From assembly GCA_031556185.1 (NCBI GenBank), contig JAVBTN010000004.1:18292-82291 (forward strand): a DNA stretch of 64,000 bases, written 5' to 3'. Positions 9,693-20,063 of the stretch are shown one piece after another. Under the pieces are notes generated by a model. It was not told the DNA's origin. It ran no database searches and saw only the letters and a list, made by a program, of their open reading frames with translations. Position numbers and translations under genes: made by a program. Each line of letters opens with the position of its first letter. The first letter of the stretch is position 1. The stretch is from Oscillospiraceae bacterium (lineage in GTDB: Bacteria; Bacillota; Clostridia; Oscillospirales; UBA929).

Positions 9693-10592
9693 ATGGACAA
9701 AAGATCGCTGGGTCAGGTCATTGGCGAGGAGACAGCTTACGCTAAAGTCAATTTTACATTGGACGTGCTGGGCAAGCGCACCGACGGGTACCACGAGTTG
9801 TGCATGGTCACCCAGACGGTTTCGCTGTGCGATGATATCTCCGTTACGGAAACCGGGGACGGTCGCATCCGCCTCATGAGCAATCTGGCGTATTTGCCTA
9901 ACGACAGGCGCAATCTTGCCGTGCGCGCCGCCGAACTGTTTTTTTGTGAGACAGGGCTTTCGTGTGCTGGCCTTTTGATTCGCATCAAAAAGCGCATTCC
10001 GGTGTGTGCGGGACTGGGCGGCGGCAGCGCCGACGCCGCCGCCATACTGAGGCTTCTCAACCGCCTGTATGGCGCGCGGCTGAGCGGACAGGAACTCGAA
10101 CAGTTGGCGGCGCTCATCGGCTCTGATGTCCCGTTTTGCGTGCGTGGAGGCACCCAGCTGGTGGAAGGGCGCGGCGAACGACTGACGCAGATGGCATCGA
10201 TGCCGTCTTGCCGGGTTGTGTTGTGCAAGCCTTTGTACGCCGTCTCCACAGCGCAGGTGTTTTCGCTGCTGGCAGGCGCCGTTGTGGAGCGCCGACCCGA
10301 CCATGCAGGCGTTTTGCGCGCGCTTACCAGGGGACAGCTGCGTGATTTCTCGCAGCGCATGTACAATGTGTTGGAGGAGGTTGTGCCCGTGGCGCGCCAT
10401 GATATTGCGCATATTCGCGGTGTGCTCATTGACGCGGGCGCGCTGGGTGTGGTTATGAGCGGCAGCGGACCGACCGTACTGGGCGTGTTTGAGGAAAAAG
10501 ACTTGCCGCAGGCGGCGTCCTGTTGCAACGTGTTGTCGGCCTTGTACGCGGATTCTTTCCTGACGGTGCCGGTGGCCGGTATAGAGATATAA
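9693..10592 (+). CDS. ispE: 4-diphosphocytidyl-2-C-methyl-D-erythritol kinase
   Basis: N-terminal AKVNFTLDVLGKRTDGYHEL and GHMP motif PVCAGLGGGSADAAA. Confidence 0.85.
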   Translation: MDKRSLGQVIGEETAYAKVNFTLDVLGKRTDGYHELCMVTQTVSLCDDISVTETGDGRIRLMSNLAYLPNDRRNLAVRAAELFFCETGLSCAGLLIRIKKRIPVCAGLGGGSADAAAILRLLNRLYGARLSGQELEQLAALIGSDVPFCVRGGTQLVEGRGERLTQMASMPSCRVVLCKPLYAVSTAQVFSLLAGAVVERRPDHAGVLRALTRGQLRDFSQRMYNVLEEVVPVARHDIAHIRGVLIDAGALGVVMSGSGPTVLGVFEEKDLPQAASCCNVLSALYADSFLTVPVAGIEI

Positions 10593-10652
10593 AATTGTGT
10601 CTACAATGTCGTTGGAACCCTTTCGGGGCCAAAACGACAAAGGAGACGGAAT

Positions 10653-11279
10653 ATGAACATACGAAGACGCATCAGGCGATGGGAAATCTCCCTGGCTGCC
10701 GGGCTTTTTCTGGCCGCGCTGGCCGGAGCCACTTTGGAACATACGTCACAAGACTTGGCGGACAGTCTTGTCAGGCTGCATGTGATTGCAAATTCCGACG
10801 ACGCCGGCGATCAAGAGGCCAAGCTGCTGGTGCGGGACGATATCGTGGCATTTGTGACACCGCTGCTGTCGCAGGCGCAATCCCGGCAGGAGGCCGAAGA
10901 GATCATTGGCCGCCATCTGCAGGATATTGTGGAAAAGGCGCGTCAGTCGCTGCGCGAGCAGGGACGATCGGACGAGGTGTCGGCGGCGCTGGAAAACGTG
11001 GATTTTCCCACAAAAAAATATGACGGGTTTGCTGTGCCAGCCGGTGTGTATGACGCGCTGCGTGTCGTCATTGGCGAGGGAAAAGGGGAGAACTGGTGGT
11101 GTGTGGTGTTTCCCCCGCTGTGCACTTCGACGGCGGAAAGCGTGACGACCGCCGCGGCGCAAAACGGCATGAGCGACGGACAAATTCGCCTGATCACAGA
11201 GGAGTCCGACACCTATGTGTTCTCCTTTAAGTGTCTGGAGTGGTGGGGCGGACTGAAGGCATTCTTTAAATCCAAGTGA
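10653..11279 (+). CDS. spoIIR: Stage II sporulation protein R
   Basis: Signal anchor followed by LVRLHVIANSD and NWWCVVFPPLC, hallmarks of the SpoIIR family. Confidence 0.8.
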   Translation: MNIRRRIRRWEISLAAGLFLAALAGATLEHTSQDLADSLVRLHVIANSDDAGDQEAKLLVRDDIVAFVTPLLSQAQSRQEAEEIIGRHLQDIVEKARQSLREQGRSDEVSAALENVDFPTKKYDGFAVPAGVYDALRVVIGEGKGENWWCVVFPPLCTSTAESVTTAAAQNGMSDGQIRLITEESDTYVFSFKCLEWWGGLKAFFKSK

Positions 11280-11377
11280 CGCGGTCGCATTTTGGCCTGA
11301 GACAGTGCCACGTGCGGCGGACACCCCGGACGGTGAGGCGGGCGACATGCGCAAAACCGATAATTGGTCTAACTGAG

Positions 11378-11420
11378 AGAGTGAAAAGGAGGTCAACATC
11401 GTCCTTTTCACTCTTTTTTT
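11378..11420 (+). terminator. Intrinsic terminator downstream of spoIIR
   Basis: Perfect 13-bp stem agagtgaaaagga / tccttttcactct, an 11-nt loop, then a run of T residues. Confidence 0.8.
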
Positions 11421-11467
11421 GTGACGCGAACCCCGGCTGCGGTCTTCTGTGCAAAACAGCCCGCGTG

Positions 11468-11476
11468 TGATATAAT
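11468..11476 (+). promoter_or_regulatory. Extended -10 element upstream of addB
   Basis: TGaTATAAT lies 30 nt upstream of the addB ATG. The -35 region is weak. Confidence 0.35.
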
Positions 11477-11505
11477 CAGCTATCTGCACACGAAGGAGGG
11501 CTGAC

Positions 11506-14500
11506 ATGCTCAGTATACTGTGGGGCCTGGCAGGCAGCGGGAAAAGCCATGTGCTGCTGCATGAAATGACCGCGCGCGCGCAATCCGGCGAGCGTCAGTA
11601 TCTTTTGGTGCCGGAGCAGTTTTCCCATGAACAGGAACGCGCGCTCAGCCAGTGCGGGGGCGCGCCTCTGTCCGGTCGCGTGGAGGTTCTCACCTTTGGC
11701 CGTCTGGCGGATCGGGTATTGTCGGAGACCGGAGGCTGCGCGGATACGGTGCTCGACGAGGGCGGCCGACTGCTGCTGCTCCGGCGGGCGGTGGATGCCG
11801 TGGCTGATCAGCTGACGGTGTGGCGGCAAACGGTGCGCCGAACCGATTGCCTGCAGCTGCTGTTGCAGACCGTGGATGAGTGCAAGTCGTACATGCTGTC
11901 GCCCGAAGCGCTGGCGCAGGCGCAGTCGGTGGCCGAAGGCCATGTGGGCGCCGCACTGAGCGACCTGGCGCTGATCCTGACGGCCTACGGCGCCATGCTG
12001 GGCGGCACGGTGGCGGACCCGCGCGACAAGTTGACAAGGGCGTGTCTGGCGTTGCCGCGTTCCACCTATGGCGTCGCCCATTGGATGGTGGATGGCTTTG
12101 CCCGGTTTACCGCGCAGGAAAAGGAACTGCTGCGCCGGTTCCTCAAGGGCGGGGACGTAACGGTCGCGCTGACGGGTTTGCCCGAGGAAGGCAGCGAGGG
12201 GCGCTTCGCCGTGGCCCGGCGCACAGCGAAGATGCTGACACGTATGGCGGGGCAGGCGGGTGTCCCGGTGACACACAGGGTGCTGACAGAAACCCCGCGC
12301 TATGACAACCCCGCGCTGGCGCATCTGTCGCGGCACTTCTTAAAAGAAGAGGGCGCGTTATACAAGGGGCGTGCCGACCGGGTGGAAACCGCCGCGTTGG
12401 AGGACAGACGCGCCGAATGCCTGTATGCTTGCGCGCGGGTGCGGTCGCTGGTGTGTGACGAGGGCTACCGGTACCGCGACATCGCCGTCGTGGCGCGGCA
12501 GTTTGACGACTACCGCGCGCTGATGGAGCAAGCGGCGCTGCGGTTTGATCTCCCGGTGTTTTTGGATCGGAAGGAAGAGGTGCTGCGCAAACCGCTGTAC
12601 CACTTTTTGCATGCCGCGCTGGAGAGCGTGTTGCGGGGTTGCCCGCCTGAGACGGTATTTCCCATGCTCAAAACGGGCCTGTTTGGGCTGACATGGGAGG
12701 AGTGCGACAAACTGGAAAACTATGTGCTGGCACACCGCATACGCGGATCCTCCTGGCGCGCCGAGGCCGATTGGGTGTATCCGCCGAGCGGATATGGGCG
12801 GGAGGCAGGGCCCGGCGAGGAGGCGCTGCTCAAAGAACTCAATGATTTACGCAGGCGTGTGTCCCAGCCGCTTGAGGAGCTGCGGCGGCGGGCTTCCAAA
12901 CAAAAAACGGCGCGAGGCCAGGCCGAGGCGGTCTACTTATTTTTAGAGCGCATCGAACTGCCTGGACGGTTGCGCGCGCGCTGTGCCACGCTGCGCGACA
13001 TGGGCATCATGCAGCGGGCCGATGAGTATGAGCAGATGTGGGACATACTGACGGCGGCACTCGACCAGTGTGTGGCGCTACTGGAGGACCAAGTGATGGC
13101 GCTCGATGAATTTTCCGAAATGCTCATGTTGGTTCTCTCGCAATATGATGTGGGTTCCATTCCGGTATCACTCGACAGGTTGGCCTGCGGCGGTGCCGAC
13201 CGTGTGCGCCGCCGCCAGCTTCGCTGTGTCATAGTGCTCGGCGCGACCGACACGTCCATGCCGCAGCCGCCCGCCACGACGGGACTCATGGGCAGGGAAG
13301 AGAGGATGTATCTGCGGGAGTTTGGCATTGAGCTCTCGCCCGAAGACGACGAACGCATGGATCAGGAGCTCGATATCATTTACGGTGCATTTACGCTGCC
13401 GTCTGAACGGCTCATTGTCACATGGCCTCGCATGGGTTCGGAAGGGGCGGAAAACCACCCGTCTTTTGCCGTGACGGCGCTGCAGGATATGCTGGGCCTG
13501 GACATCGGCGCGCCGTGTCTGCCGGAGGAGGTGTACGCCGCGTCGCCCACACTTTGTTTTGAATGGCTCGCCGGACGACCGGAGGATCCATTCGCATCGG
13601 AAGCGGCGCAGGCACTGTGCACCTTGCCGGATTGGGGGGACAGACTGCGTCGTGTGCTCTCTCGGACAGAAAACGCGCGCGGCGCCCTGACGGCTGACGG
13701 CGTCAGAAAGTTGTATGGGGAGGCTATCAGCCTGTCGGCTTCGCGCGTCGAGACTTTCATTCAGTGCCACTACGCCTACTTCCTCAAGTACGGCCTGCGG
13801 GCGAATCCGCGCCGGCACGAAGGCTTTTCCGTGCTGGACCGGGGCAACTTTGTTCACCATGTCCTCGAAGAGACGTTGCGCGCTGTCACCCGGCGGGGGG
13901 GCTTGCCACAGGTGACAGACGAACAGGTGTGCGAACTGTCGCGCCGCGCCGCGCAGACGTATATCCGGCAGGTACTCAGGGACCACGCCGGGCAGAGCGT
14001 GCGTTTTCGGAGGCTGTTTGTCCGTCTCATGCGGGCGGTCGATACGGTGGTGCTCAACGTCGTCGACGAACTCAGGCGGTCGGCGTTTACACCCTTTGAC
14101 ATGGAACTGCGCTTTGCCGACGGCGTGCCGGACGCGCTGCCGGCCGTGCCTGCCGGGACGGCGGCCAAGGTGACCGGGGTGGCCGATCGGGTGGACGGCT
14201 GGATTGAGGGGGACGCGCTGTATGTGCGCGTCGTCGACTATAAGACCGGCCGTCGCAAGTTCAACCTGAGCGACCTGTACAACGGCCTCGGTCTGCAAAT
14301 GTTTTTGTATTTGTTCGCTTTGGAGCGCGAAGGATTGTCGCGGTATGGGCATCTGGGGGTCAGTGAAATCAGACCGGCGGGCGTCCTCTACCTACCGGCG
14401 CGTGAAGCCTTTATGAAGACGGCGCGCGGTGCGTCTGATGAGGACATCCGCAAAGCCATGGCCGAAGAGCTCAGGCGGAGCGGGTTGGTGCTCGACGACC

Positions 14501-14850
14501 CCGTCGTCATCCATGCCATGGAGCAAGGTATCGAGGGCAAAGCCGAGTATATTCCGGTCAAATTCAAGGCAGGTGACGGCGGCCTCACGGCGGATTCATC
14601 CGTGGCCAGCTTGGAGCGGTTCGGGCGCCTGCGGCGGCACGTGGAGCGCTTGCTGTCGGACATGGAGGCGACGCTGCGCGCCGGTGACGTATCTGCGCAT
14701 CCCACCTGCCAAGGGCCCAAAACAGCTTGCGACCATTGCGACTACCGTGTCGCCTGCCAGTTTGATGAACGCGCGGGGGACAAGCGCCGTCTGCTGCCGA
14801 CGTGGCGTGGCGAGGCGTTCTGGGAAAAACTGAAAGAGGAGGTGGAGTAA
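11506..14850 (+). CDS. addB: ATP-dependent helicase/deoxyribonuclease AddAB, subunit B
   Basis: 1114 aa. Walker A GLAGSGKS. C-terminal RecB-type nuclease with a Cys cluster (FIQC ... CQGPKTACDHCDYRVAC). Immediately followed by addA. Confidence 0.85.
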   Translation: MLSILWGLAGSGKSHVLLHEMTARAQSGERQYLLVPEQFSHEQERALSQCGGAPLSGRVEVLTFGRLADRVLSETGGCADTVLDEGGRLLLLRRAVDAVADQLTVWRQTVRRTDCLQLLLQTVDECKSYMLSPEALAQAQSVAEGHVGAALSDLALILTAYGAMLGGTVADPRDKLTRACLALPRSTYGVAHWMVDGFARFTAQEKELLRRFLKGGDVTVALTGLPEEGSEGRFAVARRTAKMLTRMAGQAGVPVTHRVLTETPRYDNPALAHLSRHFLKEEGALYKGRADRVETAALEDRRAECLYACARVRSLVCDEGYRYRDIAVVARQFDDYRALMEQAALRFDLPVFLDRKEEVLRKPLYHFLHAALESVLRGCPPETVFPMLKTGLFGLTWEECDKLENYVLAHRIRGSSWRAEADWVYPPSGYGREAGPGEEALLKELNDLRRRVSQPLEELRRRASKQKTARGQAEAVYLFLERIELPGRLRARCATLRDMGIMQRADEYEQMWDILTAALDQCVALLEDQVMALDEFSEMLMLVLSQYDVGSIPVSLDRLACGGADRVRRRQLRCVIVLGATDTSMPQPPATTGLMGREERMYLREFGIELSPEDDERMDQELDIIYGAFTLPSERLIVTWPRMGSEGAENHPSFAVTALQDMLGLDIGAPCLPEEVYAASPTLCFEWLAGRPEDPFASEAAQALCTLPDWGDRLRRVLSRTENARGALTADGVRKLYGEAISLSASRVETFIQCHYAYFLKYGLRANPRRHEGFSVLDRGNFVHHVLEETLRAVTRRGGLPQVTDEQVCELSRRAAQTYIRQVLRDHAGQSVRFRRLFVRLMRAVDTVVLNVVDELRRSAFTPFDMELRFADGVPDALPAVPAGTAAKVTGVADRVDGWIEGDALYVRVVDYKTGRRKFNLSDLYNGLGLQMFLYLFALEREGLSRYGHLGVSEIRPAGVLYLPAREAFMKTARGASDEDIRKAMAEELRRSGLVLDDPVVIHAMEQGIEGKAEYIPVKFKAGDGGLTADSSVASLERFGRLRRHVERLLSDMEATLRAGDVSAHPTCQGPKTACDHCDYRVACQFDERAGDKRRLLPTWRGEAFWEKLKEEVE

Positions 14851-17800
14851 TGGGCGCCTTTGCACTGACCCCCGCGCAACTGCGTGCGGTGACCGAGAGA
14901 GACGGGGCGATCCTCGTGTCGGCAGGCGCAGGTTCGGGCAAGACCCGCGTGCTGGTCGAACGCCTGATGCGTTGGGTGGAAGACGGACAGGATTTGGACG
15001 CGTTCTTGGTCATTACTTACACCAAAGCCGCCGCAGCCGAACTGCGCGGGCGTATTGCCGCCGCACTGTCGGATCGGCTGGCGCAGCAGCCGGCGCACAA
15101 GCACTTTCGGCGGCAGCTGACACGCTTGCCCAACTGCGACATCTGTACGGTACACGCGTTTTGCAAGCGTGTACTCGATGAGTACGGTGCGGGGACGGGC
15201 ATGCGCGGAACACGGCTGCTTGATGAGGCGGAGCGCAGCCTAATTCTGACGCGGGTGCTTGAAGAGCTTTTGGAAGTGCGCTACGAGGAGATGGACGAGC
15301 GGGCGCCTTTTGCCGCGCTGGTGACGGCCACGGTCGACGCAAAGGGCGACAAACTGCTTTCGGAACTGGTGCTGACCGCCTTTGAGAAAACACGCAGCCA
15401 CCCCGACCCGGACGGTTGGATGCACGAACAGATGCGGGCCTTCGCGCAGGCGGACGGGCAGCCTGTAGAGGAGACGGTATGGGGCCGGTTGGTGATGCGC
15501 ACGGCGCTTCGAATGGTGAACTTCGGGCTGGAGAGGCTCTGGGATACCTATGAGCGACTGCTCGACGATTCGGTGCTCTCGGCGGCGTACGGCCAGGCGT
15601 TTATGGCCGATATCACCCAGGCCGAGCGGTTGCGCGACGCGCTGGAGGAGCGTTGGGACGCCGCGTATGAGGCGGCGCGCGCACTGACGCATATGGCGCT
15701 CAAACCGGTGCGTGGATATGAAGACAGGCAGTTTCAGGAGCAATGCAAACGGGCGCGCGCCGACTGGAAAGCCCGCGCCGAGAAGCTCAGGACATTGCTT
15801 GGCGGCACGGCGCAGGAGCATGCGGACGATTTGGCCGTGCTGGCCCCTGTGGTGCACGGTCTGTTTGAGACGGTATCCCTTTTTGCGCAGGCGTTTGACG
15901 AGGAAAAAAGACACTTGGGTGTCGTAGACTTCGGGGACTTGGAGCGCGGAACGCTCAACCTTCTTACGGCGGACAACGGTCGGTCGACTGTGGCTGAAAG
16001 TTTGGCAAAGCGGTATACCGAAATCATGGTCGACGAATACCAGGACATCAGCCGTGTGCAGGAGTGCATCGTACAGGCGGTGTCCCGCGAGGGGCGCAAT
16101 GTATTTATGGTCGGCGACGTCAGGCAGTCAATCTACCGGTTTCGTCTCGCCGAACCGGCGCTGTTTTTGGAAAAGTACAACACCTTCCCTGACGAGGGCG
16201 CGCCGGGCGCGCCGCGCCGTGTCCTGCTCGAGGACAACTTCAGGTCGCGGCCCGAAGTGTTGTCGGCCGTCAACGCGCTGTTTTCGGACATCATGTCGCC
16301 TGCGGTGGGGGAGATGGACTACACGGAGCGGGAGTATCTGAAAGCCTCCGGGGTCTTTGCCGCCGGCAGTTCCTATGACTGTGAACTGCTGCTGGTGGAA
16401 AACGCGCCCGACGCCGACGACGATGAAGAGAGTCTGAGCAAAGTGGAGGCGGAGGCATTCTCGGTGGCCGCCCGACTGCGTGCCATGCTCGACGCGGGCT
16501 TTTCCGTGTCGGGGGACGGCGGCGCGCGTCCGATGCGTCCCCGTGACGTGGCCGTCATACTGCGTGCGCCGTCGCTGCGCGCCGCCGTCTTTGAGCAAGC
16601 GTTCAGACAGGTGGGCATCTCGTGCAAAGCCGATGGCGGCGAGGACTTTTTTATGACGCCCGAAGTGATGACGGCGTTGTCGCTGCTGCGCGTCATTGAC
16701 AATCCGCGTCAGGATGTCGCGCTGTTGGCCGCCTTGCGGTGTCCGTCGTTTGACTATGACGCGGAGCGGCTGGCCGCATTGCGCGCCGGTTGCCCCCTGG
16801 GGGATCTCTACGACGCGCTGAGTGCGGATGCGCTGTCCGAGCCGTTTTTGTCTCGCCTGAGGCAGTGGCGCGCACTGGCGCCCGATCTGTCGGTGTTTGA
16901 GCTGATGGAGCAGGTGTATGCCGACACCGGCATCGTGGCGCTGTACGGCGCACAGACGGACGGCCATGTGCGGCAGCACAATCTCATGCGGTTGCAGGAG
17001 TTGGCCCAGCGATTTGAAGGGGGGCGGTTTCGGGGCGTTTTTTCTTTTTTGCAGTGGGTTGACCACTTGCAGCAAAAGGGGGAAAACGTGGCCAGAATCC
17101 AGCCGTCGGACGACGCGGTGTCCATCCTGAGCATTCACCGGTCGAAGGGACTGGAGTTTCCCGTCGTGGTGCTGGCGGACGCCTCCAAGCGGTTCAACGA
17201 GGCGGACACCCGCGCGCCGGTGCTGTTTCACCCGCAGGTGGGCGTCGGATTGTACCGGCGTGACGACGCGCGCATGATCGAAGTGTCCACGCTGACACGC
17301 ATGGCCGTTGCCGGCAAGTTGACCGAGGAAATGTTGGCCGAGGAGATGCGAATGCTCTATGTGGCTATGACGCGTGCCAGGGATAAACTCATTGTCACGG
17401 CTGTCCCGAGATCGGTGTCCGGGACACTCGAGGCGCTGTCACCGGCGCCGGCGGTGGGCCCCGTGCCGCCCCAGATGGTGGCCGACGGCCGGTCCTATTT
17501 GGACTGGCTGTGCCTGCATGTGGCGCGCTCAGGCGGGCGGCATTGGCGCGTCAGCACCGTAAATCGGCCTGAGGCTCCTGCGCCGCAGCCTTTCGCGCAG
17601 GAAGCGGACGCGTTGGCTGCGGAAACGCTACGTTCCGAGCGCACGCGTGCGCTGGCGGCGCGCATGGCCTATGTCTATGCGCACACCGACGCGGTGAACA
17701 TGCCCTCCAAACTGACGGCCACCGCCCTCAAGGGCCGGGGACCGGATCTCGAAATCCAGCAAAACGCGCCGCCTGTCAAGCGCGCCGCCCTGTTTGACCG

Positions 17801-18368
17801 CCCCCGATTTATGCGTGCGCTTGGCGGTGCTCTCACACCGGCCGAACAGGGGACAGCGCTTCATCTGGCAATGCAGTTTGCTGACTTTGCCCGCTGCCGC
17901 GCGGTTGAGACGGCTGCCGAGGAGATCGAACGGCTCCGGCGTGGGGGATTTCTGACGCCGGAGCAAGCCGCCTGCGTTGACCCTGCGCGCATCGTGCGCT
18001 TTTTTAACTCGCCGCTGGGCGAGCGAATGATGGCCGCCGAGCGTCTCAACAGAGAGTGCAAATTCTCGCTGCTGGTGCCTGCTGAAGAGTTGACCGGCCG
18101 GGGCGCCGGGGAGGAGATTTTGCTCCAGGGTGTCATTGACTGCTATTTTGAGGAGGACGGCGCGCTCGTCGTGGTGGACTTCAAGACGGATCACCTCAGA
18201 CCCGGCGAAGAGACGCCGCGCGCGATGGAATACCGGCCGCAGGTTCAGGTGTATGCCCGGGCGCTACGCGCCATCAGCGGCCGACCGGTCAGGCAGTGTC
18301 TGCTGTATTTTTTCAACACGGACGTGGCCATTGACGTGGACACCTTGCCAAGTGAAGCAGGTTTGTGA
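14850..18368 (+). CDS. addA: ATP-dependent helicase/nuclease AddAB, subunit A
   Basis: UvrD-type motifs SAGAGSGKT and VDEYQD. C-terminal nuclease GVIDCYF ... VVDFKTD. ATG 14850 overlaps the addB stop (TAATG). Confidence 0.85.
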   Translation: MGAFALTPAQLRAVTERDGAILVSAGAGSGKTRVLVERLMRWVEDGQDLDAFLVITYTKAAAAELRGRIAAALSDRLAQQPAHKHFRRQLTRLPNCDICTVHAFCKRVLDEYGAGTGMRGTRLLDEAERSLILTRVLEELLEVRYEEMDERAPFAALVTATVDAKGDKLLSELVLTAFEKTRSHPDPDGWMHEQMRAFAQADGQPVEETVWGRLVMRTALRMVNFGLERLWDTYERLLDDSVLSAAYGQAFMADITQAERLRDALEERWDAAYEAARALTHMALKPVRGYEDRQFQEQCKRARADWKARAEKLRTLLGGTAQEHADDLAVLAPVVHGLFETVSLFAQAFDEEKRHLGVVDFGDLERGTLNLLTADNGRSTVAESLAKRYTEIMVDEYQDISRVQECIVQAVSREGRNVFMVGDVRQSIYRFRLAEPALFLEKYNTFPDEGAPGAPRRVLLEDNFRSRPEVLSAVNALFSDIMSPAVGEMDYTEREYLKASGVFAAGSSYDCELLLVENAPDADDDEESLSKVEAEAFSVAARLRAMLDAGFSVSGDGGARPMRPRDVAVILRAPSLRAAVFEQAFRQVGISCKADGGEDFFMTPEVMTALSLLRVIDNPRQDVALLAALRCPSFDYDAERLAALRAGCPLGDLYDALSADALSEPFLSRLRQWRALAPDLSVFELMEQVYADTGIVALYGAQTDGHVRQHNLMRLQELAQRFEGGRFRGVFSFLQWVDHLQQKGENVARIQPSDDAVSILSIHRSKGLEFPVVVLADASKRFNEADTRAPVLFHPQVGVGLYRRDDARMIEVSTLTRMAVAGKLTEEMLAEEMRMLYVAMTRARDKLIVTAVPRSVSGTLEALSPAPAVGPVPPQMVADGRSYLDWLCLHVARSGGRHWRVSTVNRPEAPAPQPFAQEADALAAETLRSERTRALAARMAYVYAHTDAVNMPSKLTATALKGRGPDLEIQQNAPPVKRAALFDRPRFMRALGGALTPAEQGTALHLAMQFADFARCRAVETAAEEIERLRRGGFLTPEQAACVDPARIVRFFNSPLGERMMAAERLNRECKFSLLVPAEELTGRGAGEEILLQGVIDCYFEEDGALVVVDFKTDHLRPGEETPRAMEYRPQVQVYARALRAISGRPVRQCLLYFFNTDVAIDVDTLPSEAGL

Positions 18369-18418
18369 TAAAATATATCCCGTTCTGAATGTGTGGACAG
18401 TCATGGGGAGGTCCTGCC

Positions 18419-19153
18419 GTGCGCTACGATATACTGGGTGTTCAATTTGACAATGTGACACTGCCCGAGGCGGTGGAGACGGCCACACGCTTTTTGGACA
18501 GCGAGGGCGCCCACATTGTCGTCACACCCAATGCCGAAATCGTTTTCAGCGCGCGCGGCGACGAGGCAATGCGCGACCTGCTCAACGCGTCAGACCTGGT
18601 GCTGCCCGACGGCATAGGCGTTGTCAGAGCGTCGGCCATACTGGGCGATCCCATCCGTGAGCGCGTGGCGGGAATCGACTTTGCGCAAACGCTCCTGCCG
18701 GTGTTGGCAGCACGGCGCGACCCGGTCTTTTTCCTGGGCGCGGCGCCCGGCGTGGCGCAGGAGGCGGCCTCGCGCATGACGCAGGCACATCCGGGATTGT
18801 GGGTCTGCGGTGTGCAGGATGGATACTTTCAGGCTGCCATGCAGGATGAAGTTCTTTCAGCCATTCGCAACAGCGGCGCCCGCGCCGTATTTGTCTGTCT
18901 TGGTTCGCCCAGGCAGGAGCAGTTTATGCACCGCTTTGGCGTGTCGACGGGCGCGCGGCTGCTGGTGGGTCTGGGCGGCACATTTGATGTGTGGTCTGGA
19001 CAGTCAAAACGGGCTCCCGGGCTGTTTATCAGGTTGGGATTGGAATGGCTTTACCGTTTGATTCGGCAGCCCAGTCGAATCGTGCGCATGATGAAACTGC
19101 CCGCTTTTTTGTGGACGGTACACCGCAGCAAAAATAAACGTAATAAAAGATGA
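18419..19153 (+). CDS. WecB/TagA/CpsF family glycosyltransferase
   Basis: Motifs VVTPNAEI, LPDGIGVV, FLGAAPGVA and GLEWLYRL. GTG 18419 has GGGGAGG 7 nt upstream. ATG 18389 is the alternative start. Confidence 0.75.
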   Translation: MRYDILGVQFDNVTLPEAVETATRFLDSEGAHIVVTPNAEIVFSARGDEAMRDLLNASDLVLPDGIGVVRASAILGDPIRERVAGIDFAQTLLPVLAARRDPVFFLGAAPGVAQEAASRMTQAHPGLWVCGVQDGYFQAAMQDEVLSAIRNSGARAVFVCLGSPRQEQFMHRFGVSTGARLLVGLGGTFDVWSGQSKRAPGLFIRLGLEWLYRLIRQPSRIVRMMKLPAFLWTVHRSKNKRNKR

Positions 19154-19163
19154 TGGAGAAATT

Positions 19164-20063
19164 ATGTTGACATTTGAACCCATTGACGTGCCGCACAAAT
19201 CCCGGTTTCTCGCCCAGGTCGAGTTTGGGCACGACAGAGTGACGGAGCAGAGTTTTGCCACGCTTTACAGTTGGAGCCACAAATACCATGTGGAACTCTG
19301 TTTTCATGATACATTTATGTTCACGCGCAGTCGGCTGCACACGCAGTATCATTACACCATGCCGCTGGGACGCGGAGATTTGGGCAAGGCGCTTCGGGCC
19401 TTAGAGCGAGAGTCCGAACAGCAAAATCAGCCGTTTTCACTCAGAGGCCTGACACGGCCTATGATTTCACGTATCGAAGAGGCACTGCCGGGGCGGTATG
19501 CCTTCACGGAAAACAGAGACAGCGCCGATTACCTCTATTCCGCGCAGGATCTGATTCATTTGACGGGGAAAAAATATCATTCAAAACGCAATTTTATCGC
19601 TCGCTTTGAGTCGCAGTTTGCCGGCCGATGGAGCTATGAGGATTTGTCGGCGGACAATTTGGCGGATGTCTGGGCATTTCAGGATCACTGGTGCCGTAAG
19701 AACGACTGTGCGTCCAATATTTCTCTGCAAGAAGAGAGTACTACAATTGCGCTGCTGCTTTACAATTTGGAGGCGCTCGAGGCGATAGGCGGGCTTTTGC
19801 GCATTGATGGCCAGGTGGTGGCTTTCACGGTGGGGTCCCGTATCGGCCGAGACACCATGGACATCAACGTGGAGAAAGCCGACTATGATTTTGTGGGGTC
19901 TTATCCGATGATCAATCGCGCCTTTGCCCAGCGGCACTGCCAGGAAGTGTCCTTCATCAACCGTGAGGAGGACTTGGGACTGGAGGGCTTGCGCCGCGCC
20001 AAGCTTTCATACGCACCGGTGGAAATCCTCATGAAGCACTGCGCCGCCATACGAGGGGAATGA
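19164..20063 (+). CDS. DUF2156 protein (free-standing homolog of the MprF C-terminal aminoacyl-transferase domain)
   Basis: 299 aa and soluble. The central GKKYHSKRNFIARF and the overall pattern resemble the LPG-synthase C domain. Assignment is by eye only. Confidence 0.55.
   Translation: MLTFEPIDVPHKSRFLAQVEFGHDRVTEQSFATLYSWSHKYHVELCFHDTFMFTRSRLHTQYHYTMPLGRGDLGKALRALERESEQQNQPFSLRGLTRPMISRIEEALPGRYAFTENRDSADYLYSAQDLIHLTGKKYHSKRNFIARFESQFAGRWSYEDLSADNLADVWAFQDHWCRKNDCASNISLQEESTTIALLLYNLEALEAIGGLLRIDGQVVAFTVGSRIGRDTMDINVEKADYDFVGSYPMINRAFAQRHCQEVSFINREEDLGLEGLRRAKLSYAPVEILMKHCAAIRGE

Noticed and set aside
10593-10652. A sigma-F promoter or ispE terminator in the ispE-spoIIR spacer (hairpin gtcgttgg...ccaaaacgac).
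   Set aside because: No T-run follows the hairpin, and I could not match the forespore sigma-F -35/-10 consensus with confidence.
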